From Chloroflexota bacterium (lineage in GTDB: Bacteria > Chloroflexota > Anaerolineae > DTLA01): DNA of 64,000 nucleotides. The stretch spans positions 20,112-84,111 of the forward strand of contig JADBJK010000059.1 of assembly GCA_014874485.1 (NCBI GenBank), read 5' to 3'. The notes under the pieces were generated by a model that saw only the letters and a program-made list of their open reading frames with translations, was not told where the DNA came from and searched no databases. How positions within the stretch are numbered: position 1 is the first letter of the stretch; every line of letters begins with the position of its first letter. Of the stretch, positions 57,809-64,000 are shown in pieces. Made by a program: the position numbers and the translations under genes.

Positions 57809-59113
57809 ATGAAAATCGCGATCATCGGCGGCGGACTTACCGGCATGAGCGCCGCGCATGTGCTGGCCAAGGCCGGCCATTCATGCACCCTGTACGAGCG
57901 CGACGATTCCCTGGGCGGACTGGCCGGGTCGTTCCGCGTCAACGGCGTGTACCTGGAGAAGTTCTACCATCACCTGTTCACCAGCGACCGGACGATGGTG
58001 CGGCTCATTGAGGATTTGGGCCTGGGCAGCGACCTGGTCTGGAACCCCACGGTTACCAGCACCTGGTACGTCAACCGCATCTTCCGCCTGGCCACGCCCC
58101 TGGACGTGATTCGGTTCAAGCCGCTGAGCCTGGTCAATCGGCTGCGGCTCGGCTCGCTGGCCATCATCCCGCGCTTCGTGCGGGACTGGCGGAAACTGGA
58201 GGAGATCACCGCCAAGGAGTGGCTCATCAAGTGGGGCGGGCGGCAGGTGTACGAGGTCGTCTGGTACCCGCTGCTGCGCAACAAGTTCGGGGCCTACGCC
58301 GACGAGGTGGCCGCCGTCTGGTTCTGGAACAAACTGAAACTGCGCGGCGGGTCGCGTGGCAAGGGCCAGGCCGAGCACCTGGGATATCTGGTGGGCGGGT
58401 TCGGGCGCGCCCTGGAAGCCTTTGAGGCGCGGCTGCGCGACCTGGGCGTGGACATCCGCCTGTCTTCGCCGGTGGAGCGCGTCGTCATTGAGAACGGCCG
58501 CGCCACGGGCGTGGTGTCCAACGGTCAGCGCGAGGACTTTGACCTGGCACTGGTTACCACCGCGCCCGAAATCCTGCTCCGCCTTGCGCCGGACCTGCCC
58601 CCCGACTACCGCGAGCGCCTGGGCCGCATCAAGTACCTGGCCAACGCCTGCCTCATCATGAAATTGAAGCGCAGCCTGTCCACCACCTACTGGCTCAACA
58701 TCAACGACCCCAACATCCCCTTCGTCGCCGTGGTGGAGCACACCAACATGCAGCGCCCCGACGAGTACGGCGGGCATCACCTGGCCTACGTGTCGCGGTA
58801 CATGGACCCGAACGACCCCTACTACGCCATGTCGGCCGAGGAGTTGTTCCAGGCGTACCTGCCGCACCTGCGCACCGTGTTCCCTGAATTCTCGCCCGAC
58901 TGGGTGGAGACGCTGTACGCCTGGCGCGAGCGCTACACGCAGCCGGTGGTGGGCCTGCGCTACTCGCAGATACGCCCGCCGTTCCGCACGCCGGTGCAGG
59001 GCCTCTGGCTGTGCTGCATGGCGCAGATTTACCCGGAGGACCGCGGGATGAACTACGCGGTGGCCTACGGGGAGAAGGTCGCCGCCGAGATTCTGGAGTC
59101 GGGCGGGGCGTAG
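57809..59113 (+). CDS. NAD(P)/FAD-dependent oxidoreductase (amine-oxidase / phytoene-desaturase-like fold)
   Basis: The N-terminal dinucleotide fold is MKIAIIGGGLTGMSAAHVLAKAGHSCTLYERDDSLGGLAGS. Substrate not inferable. Confidence 0.75.
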   Translation: MKIAIIGGGLTGMSAAHVLAKAGHSCTLYERDDSLGGLAGSFRVNGVYLEKFYHHLFTSDRTMVRLIEDLGLGSDLVWNPTVTSTWYVNRIFRLATPLDVIRFKPLSLVNRLRLGSLAIIPRFVRDWRKLEEITAKEWLIKWGGRQVYEVVWYPLLRNKFGAYADEVAAVWFWNKLKLRGGSRGKGQAEHLGYLVGGFGRALEAFEARLRDLGVDIRLSSPVERVVIENGRATGVVSNGQREDFDLALVTTAPEILLRLAPDLPPDYRERLGRIKYLANACLIMKLKRSLSTTYWLNINDPNIPFVAVVEHTNMQRPDEYGGHHLAYVSRYMDPNDPYYAMSAEELFQAYLPHLRTVFPEFSPDWVETLYAWRERYTQPVVGLRYSQIRPPFRTPVQGLWLCCMAQIYPEDRGMNYAVAYGEKVAAEILESGGA

Positions 59114-59314
59114 GCGAAGCGAACGGCCGCCTGCGGTGTTGTTCTCAACAGCGGGGGCTGTGGCCGCCGATGGATTTGCCGCGCGGGTGCGGAGTGCTAC
59201 AATACACGCGGCGCTGTGCGGGCGCTGCGCCCCGGCACCGCCGCACCTGGGCCATCGGCGCGGGCGCGGCCTGCCCGCCGCTACAAGCACAAACTCGCCG
59301 TCAGGAGGCAACCG

Positions 59315-60466
59315 ATGTCTAGCCGTGAACTGCATGTGGAGCCTGTCCGAACCCCCAAGCAACTCAAGCAATTTGTGGATTTTCCCTATCATCTGTACCG
59401 CAACAATCCGTACTGGGTACCGCCCTTGCGCATGGATCGCAAGGCCATGTTTGACCGCCAGAAGTTCCCCTTCTACGAGCACGCCGACGTGGAATTGTTC
59501 CTGGCGCTGCGCGGCGATGAACCCGTGGGCACCATCACGGCACACATCAACCACATCCACAACCAGTTCCACAACGAGAAGGCCGGCTTCTTCGGGTTCT
59601 TTGAGTGCGTGCAGGACTACCAGGTGGCCGAGGCGCTCCTGAACGCCGCCGCCGACTGGGTGCGGGAACGGGGCATGGACGTGTTGCGCGGCCCCATGAA
59701 CTTCTCCACCAACGAGGAGTGCGGGCTTCTGGTGGACGGGTTTGATTCCAGCCCCGTCGTGATGATGACGTACAACCCGCCCTACTATGCCGAGTTCATT
59801 GAGCGGGCGGGGTTCACCAAGGCGCAGGACCTGTACGCCTACTGGCTGGACACCGATGAGGTGGTGAGCAAGGACGGCGTCGTGCGCAACGAGAAACTGG
59901 CGCGGGTGGTGGAGAAGGTGCGCGCGCGGTCGGGCATCGTCGTGCGCAAGATCAACATGAAGGACTTTGACAACGAGGTGGAGCGTGTCAAGAAGGTTTA
60001 CAATTCGGCCTGGGAGAAGAACTGGGGCTTCGTCCCCATGACCGACTCCGAGTTTGACCACCTGGCCGAGAACCTGAAGATGGTGCTAGACCCCAACCTG
60101 GTGCTCCTCGCCGAGATAGACGGTGAACCGGTCGGCTTCTCCCTGACGCTGCCCGACATCAACCAGGCGCTGAAGGGCACGGACGGCAGGCTGATTCCGG
60201 CTCTCGTCCGCTTGTTGTGGTACAAGACGTTCAAGAAGTTCACCGTCTGCCGCGTGTTCGCCATGGGTGTGGTGGAACAGCACCGCATGAAGGGCATCTC
60301 GGCACTGTTCTACTACGACACGGCCATCAACGCCGCGCCGCGGGGCTACACCCATGCGGAGATGTCGTGGATTCTGGAGAGCAACCTGATGATGAACCGC
60401 GACATCCAATTCATGGGCGGCAAGATTTACAAGACCTACCGTGTCTACGACAAGCCGCTGCGATAG
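59315..60466 (+). CDS. Two-lobed GNAT-fold acyltransferase-like protein (383 aa)
   Basis: ATG at 59315 follows AGGAGG. The sequence ([16 protein letters not shown]...GFFGFFEC...[16 protein letters not shown]...GFVPMT..EF...[12 protein letters not shown]) resembles a conserved uncharacterised N-acyltransferase family. The assignment is tentative. Confidence 0.5.
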   Translation: MSSRELHVEPVRTPKQLKQFVDFPYHLYRNNPYWVPPLRMDRKAMFDRQKFPFYEHADVELFLALRGDEPVGTITAHINHIHNQFHNEKAGFFGFFECVQDYQVAEALLNAAADWVRERGMDVLRGPMNFSTNEECGLLVDGFDSSPVVMMTYNPPYYAEFIERAGFTKAQDLYAYWLDTDEVVSKDGVVRNEKLARVVEKVRARSGIVVRKINMKDFDNEVERVKKVYNSAWEKNWGFVPMTDSEFDHLAENLKMVLDPNLVLLAEIDGEPVGFSLTLPDINQALKGTDGRLIPALVRLLWYKTFKKFTVCRVFAMGVVEQHRMKGISALFYYDTAINAAPRGYTHAEMSWILESNLMMNRDIQFMGGKIYKTYRVYDKPLR

Positions 60467-60495
60467 GGGATACCGACGCCCGGGAGGGGCATCGC

Positions 60496-61185
60496 ATGAG
60501 TTCGGTGGCCTCGGACAAGATTCGCATCCTGCTGGCCGATGACCACACCGTGGTGCGCGAGAGCATGCGGGACATCCTGAACCTGCAGCCGGACATGGAG
60601 GTGGTGGGCGAGGCGCGCACGGGCGTGGAAGCGGTGCGCCTGGCCGTGCTCCTGCGCCCCGACGTCATCCTCATGGACCTGGAGATGCCGGAGATGGACG
60701 GGCTGGAGGCCACCCGCACCATCCTGGACCAGTGCCCGGAGGCGGGCATCCTGGCGCTGACGGCCCACGAGGACGAGAAGCACATCTTCGCGCTGCTGGA
60801 GGCGGGCGCGGAGGGGTACATCGTCAAGTCGGCGCGCCTGGCCGACGTCCTGGCCGCCATCCGCGCGGTGGCCCGTGGCGAACCGGCGCTGGACCCGCGG
60901 GCCATGCGTGCCATGATGCGCAAACTCGCCGACCGCGAGCGAACGGCCGCCGCACCGCACAATGCGTCGCTGCCCGAACCGCTCACCGACCGCGAGATGG
61001 AGGTCCTGCGCCTGGTGGCCACGGGCGCGAGCAACAAGGAAATTGCGCGGCGGCTGTGCATTTCGGTGCGGACGGTGCAGGTGCACCTGGGCAACATCTA
61101 CGGCAAGTTGGGCGTGCGCTCGCGCACCGAGGCGGCATTGTACGCCATCCGCCGCGGCTGGGCCTCGGTGGAGCAGACGGGATAG
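60496..61185 (+). CDS. NarL/FixJ-type response regulator (REC + LuxR HTH)
   Basis: [14 protein letters not shown]...[14 protein letters not shown] (receiver) and [45 protein letters not shown] (LuxR HTH). ATG at 60496 follows GGGAGGGG. Confidence 0.9.
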   Translation: MSSVASDKIRILLADDHTVVRESMRDILNLQPDMEVVGEARTGVEAVRLAVLLRPDVILMDLEMPEMDGLEATRTILDQCPEAGILALTAHEDEKHIFALLEAGAEGYIVKSARLADVLAAIRAVARGEPALDPRAMRAMMRKLADRERTAAAPHNASLPEPLTDREMEVLRLVATGASNKEIARRLCISVRTVQVHLGNIYGKLGVRSRTEAALYAIRRGWASVEQTG

Positions 61186-61202
61186 CGTAAGGGACAAGAA
61201 CA

Positions 61203-61703
61203 ATGGCCGAGAGGAATGTGGATAAACTACCCCAAAACGTGCAGGCGCTGATCGGCGAAATCGGCGAGAAACAGGTCCTCTTGCGCTTGTTCCTGCTGGT
61301 TCAGGGCACGCCGTGGCAGGTATTCCACAACCTGGGTGAGGCAGGTTATGACTTGCTGCTACTGCATCCCGATACGGGCGAGCGCATCCGCATAGAGGTG
61401 AAGACCCGCCAGCAAATGTATACAACGTCTCGCCGTCGGGGTACAGTGCGGTATTTCCTCACCGATGGCGAGTACCGGGCCTGCGACTTCGTGGTGGCGT
61501 GCCTCCTAGATCACAACGGTTTCTACGTCGTGCCAAAGCGGGACCTGAAGGAGGCCCATTCGGGGCAACGCACGCTCTGGCGGTTCGTACTCATGATGAA
61601 CAAGGACGGTAGGCCGCACCCGCGGTTTGAGAAGTACCGGGACGCCTGGCACACGCTGCACCCGGACTTCGCAGGCAGAAGGACTGCCGAACCGCTCCCG
61701 TGA
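61203..61703 (+). CDS. Stand-alone PD-(D/E)XK nuclease-fold protein
   Basis: 166 aa. IGEIGEKQVLLRL...EAGYDLLLLHPDTGERIRIEVKTRQ gives a D...E-x-K arrangement as in small restriction-endonuclease-like / intron-associated PD-(D/E)XK proteins. Lies 17 nt downstream of the response regulator. Confidence 0.55.
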   Translation: MAERNVDKLPQNVQALIGEIGEKQVLLRLFLLVQGTPWQVFHNLGEAGYDLLLLHPDTGERIRIEVKTRQQMYTTSRRRGTVRYFLTDGEYRACDFVVACLLDHNGFYVVPKRDLKEAHSGQRTLWRFVLMMNKDGRPHPRFEKYRDAWHTLHPDFAGRRTAEPLP

Positions 61704-61763
61704 ACGCGCCGCTTCCTCACCGGAGGCGAGAGGACAGTTTGCGCCCCTGCCAAAGGCCAAAGG

Positions 61764-63908
61764 CTAATGGCCAAGGGCGTTCGCCGGGTTCGTACCGCCC
61801 CCGGATGCTGCCGTGCCGCGCGGCAACACGACCGTGAACGTGCTCCCCACCCCCACCTCGCTCTGCACCAGGATGCGCCCGCCGTGGTCCGCCACGATCT
61901 TGCTGGAAATGGCAAGCCCCAGGCCGGCCCCACGGTCGGCCTTGTAACTCACGAACGGCTCAAAGATGCGTTGGAGCCGCTCGGGCGGGATGCCCACGCC
62001 GGTGTCCGCGACCGTCAGAGACACCTCGCCGTCCGACGCGCGGGAACCGAGGGTCAGCACGCCGCCGTCGGGCATGGCATCCCGCGCATTGCTCACCAGG
62101 TTGTAGATGACCTGCGCCATGCGGGTAGGGTCCATGATGACGCCGCCCTCGTAGGCCAAATCCAGCCGCACCTCAATCCCGTGCTCCTGCACGTCCGCCT
62201 GGATGACGGGGAGCAGGCCGCGCACGAACTCGCCCAGCGGCACCTCTTTCATCTCCAGCGTCCAGCCGCCGCGCGAGTAGTCCAGAATCTGCTGCGCCAT
62301 GTGGTACAGCCGCGTCATCATCTCCAGCGTGGACACGGCCAGGCGGTTGCGGGCGTCCGGCGGCAGTTCCTCCTGCCCCAGCGCCTCCACGCAGCGCATC
62401 ATCCCGCCGATGGGCGTGCGCAGATCGTGGAGGATGGCGCTGGCCATGCGCCCCAGCGCCGCCAGCCGCTCGGCCTCGGACGCCCGGCGGTGCAGGCGTG
62501 CGTTCTCCAGCGCGATGGCCGCCTGGTTGCACACACCCTGCGCGAATCGGATGTCGCCTGCGCCGTAGGAGCCGCGTGTGCGTTTGCGCCCCACCAGCAC
62601 CACCCCCACCATCGCGCCCTCGCTGTCCAAGAGCGGCACGCACAGCACTGCGTCCATGGCATCCAGCCTGGCCCAACTGCGCACATACGCCGCCCCGAAG
62701 CGGGGGTCCATGTGCATCTGGTCCACGGTAACCGCCTGCTGGTGCTGGGCGAGGCAACGGATGAGGTCGTCGCTGGCGGCGAAGCGCTGCTCCAGCGCGC
62801 GAGGCGGCACGCGGCCCGCATGGTGAACCGGCGCGAAGATGCCACCCTGCTCCACCAGGAGATAGGCCACGCCCGCGTTCAGGGTCTCAGTCAGGCAGTG
62901 CAGGGTGCGCGAGGCTACGCCCTCTTCGCTCAGTTCGGCGTGCAGGTCGCGGCTGAAGCGGTGGAGCAGGTCCTCCCGCCCTGCCTCGCCCGGGAAGAAG
63001 ACCCGGTCCACGGCCGCCTGCAAGCGGTCCTTGGTGGGGGCCACCAGCATCGCGATGAGCACGATGAGCATCGCGTTCAGGACCCGCTCCAGCGCGTCGG
63101 GCAGGCCCGCCGTGAGGAGGCTCAGCGCCAGCGCCGCGCCCACGTAGCCTGCCATCACGAGCACGGTCAGCAGCGAATAGACCAGCGCCCGGCGGATGGC
63201 CACGCGGACGTCCAGCAACTGGTAGCGCGCGATGCCATAGGCCAGCAGCACCGCCGTGAACATCCAGGCCACATGGCTCCACCCCGACCGATCCCACGAC
63301 GGCGACGCCCAGCCGAGCGGCAACGCCAGGAACGGCGCGCCTAGCCCTATCAGCACCAGCGCCAGTTGCTGCCGCTCAATTCGGCTGGACGCCCGCCGGT
63401 AACTGCGGAACAGAACCGCCAGCGACAGCCCGAAGTAGGCGATTACCCACAAGCGCCAGACGCCGTACCACAGCGCGGCAAATCCGTCGGGCGCGGCGGG
63501 GTACGATAGGAGTCCCCCGGCCACTCCCAGCAGAAGCAGGAGCAGCCCCGGAACGTAGAGGAGGTACACGCGCCCGCCCTGGGTGTAGAGGCGCGGCTGC
63601 GGGAACTCCAGCGCGAAGTGGAGGATAAGAGGCGGGAACACCGACGCGAACAGGACCGAGAGCGCATGAGCCGCCCGCGCCCAGGCGCTTGCGTCGCGCA
63701 CTGCCAGGCCCGTAAACGGCCAGATGGCCGGGGCACTGGCAAGCCATCGGAAGGCCAGCGACGACACCAGGTATCCGGCCACCGTCAGGAGGAAGCCGCC
63801 CAGCAGGCGGTTCGCCCAGCGGCTGCGCTGCCGCTCCACCACGAGCACCCCAAGCCCTGCCAGCGCCCCGATGGCCACGACAGCACCCAGACTGTAGAAG
63901 AGAGACAT
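61764..63908 (-). CDS. Sensor histidine kinase with N-terminal multi-TM (HisKA_7TM-like) module, GAF, HisKA and HATPase_c
   Basis: 714 aa with about 7 N-terminal helices. H-box MASAILHDLRTPIGG. DTGVGIP and GAGLGLAISSKIV are present. Convergent with the regulator/nuclease pair. Confidence 0.85.
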   Translation of the reverse strand: MSLFYSLGAVVAIGALAGLGVLVVERQRSRWANRLLGGFLLTVAGYLVSSLAFRWLASAPAIWPFTGLAVRDASAWARAAHALSVLFASVFPPLILHFALEFPQPRLYTQGGRVYLLYVPGLLLLLLGVAGGLLSYPAAPDGFAALWYGVWRLWVIAYFGLSLAVLFRSYRRASSRIERQQLALVLIGLGAPFLALPLGWASPSWDRSGWSHVAWMFTAVLLAYGIARYQLLDVRVAIRRALVYSLLTVLVMAGYVGAALALSLLTAGLPDALERVLNAMLIVLIAMLVAPTKDRLQAAVDRVFFPGEAGREDLLHRFSRDLHAELSEEGVASRTLHCLTETLNAGVAYLLVEQGGIFAPVHHAGRVPPRALEQRFAASDDLIRCLAQHQQAVTVDQMHMDPRFGAAYVRSWARLDAMDAVLCVPLLDSEGAMVGVVLVGRKRTRGSYGAGDIRFAQGVCNQAAIALENARLHRRASEAERLAALGRMASAILHDLRTPIGGMMRCVEALGQEELPPDARNRLAVSTLEMMTRLYHMAQQILDYSRGGWTLEMKEVPLGEFVRGLLPVIQADVQEHGIEVRLDLAYEGGVIMDPTRMAQVIYNLVSNARDAMPDGGVLTLGSRASDGEVSLTVADTGVGIPPERLQRIFEPFVSYKADRGAGLGLAISSKIVADHGGRILVQSEVGVGSTFTVVLPRGTAASGGGTNPANALGH

Positions 63909-64000
63909 CCCGTTCCCCCGGTTGTGAATCCGGACACTTGTGTCAGGATTATAGCACCTCCCGACCGGCTACGCCAAAATGCCTAGACCGCCTCTGCCGA

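Overview
GC-rich bacterial chromosomal segment. Gene content and the hairpin repeats resemble Chloroflexota, but that placement is inference only. The core is housekeeping. A complete 13-gene NADH:quinone oxidoreductase operon (nuoA-B-CD-E-F-G-H-I-J-K-L-M-N, minus strand, 13.2-27.8 kb) sits behind a consensus promoter. There is also a yqeY / PgpH-like / ybeY / dgkA / pepA block, thyX plus dCMP deaminase, ychF, a MiaB-family methylthiotransferase and six tRNA genes in two promoter-to-terminator units. Around these lie signalling genes (a hybrid histidine kinase, a NarL-type regulator with a 7TM kinase, a 7TM-HTH membrane regulator, an ECF sigma factor), two DegV genes, a bactofilin/M23 peptidase pair and a NrfC/NrfD-like redox module. 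The less ordinary content is as follows. (1) rtcB is split by a 510-aa LAGLIDADG-type intein inserted at the metal-binding Cys. (2) A roughly 200-265 bp MITE-like element with terminal inverted repeats and 8-bp target-site duplications occurs four times, each close upstream of a minus-strand gene start. (3) Several families of hairpin or palindromic short repeats fill almost every longer intergenic gap, including gaps inside the nuo operon, and create many spurious ORFs and false N-terminal extensions. (4) A 779-aa orphan protein looks like a Zn-ribbon methyltransferase with degenerate catalytic motifs. (5) Two promoter-to-terminator units have no credible long ORF and are candidate sRNA or leader transcripts. 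(6) There is a small toxin-antitoxin islet next to rtcB, with one intact pair and one decayed pair. (7) A tRNA-Arg with an apparent GCG anticodon lies next to tRNA-Arg(ACG). (8) A stand-alone PD-(D/E)XK nuclease gene sits inside a two-component locus. I found no CRISPR array, integrase, transposase or prophage. No multi-gene defence-like system can be supported from sequence alone. All calls come from manual reading of the sequence and ORF track, with no database search.
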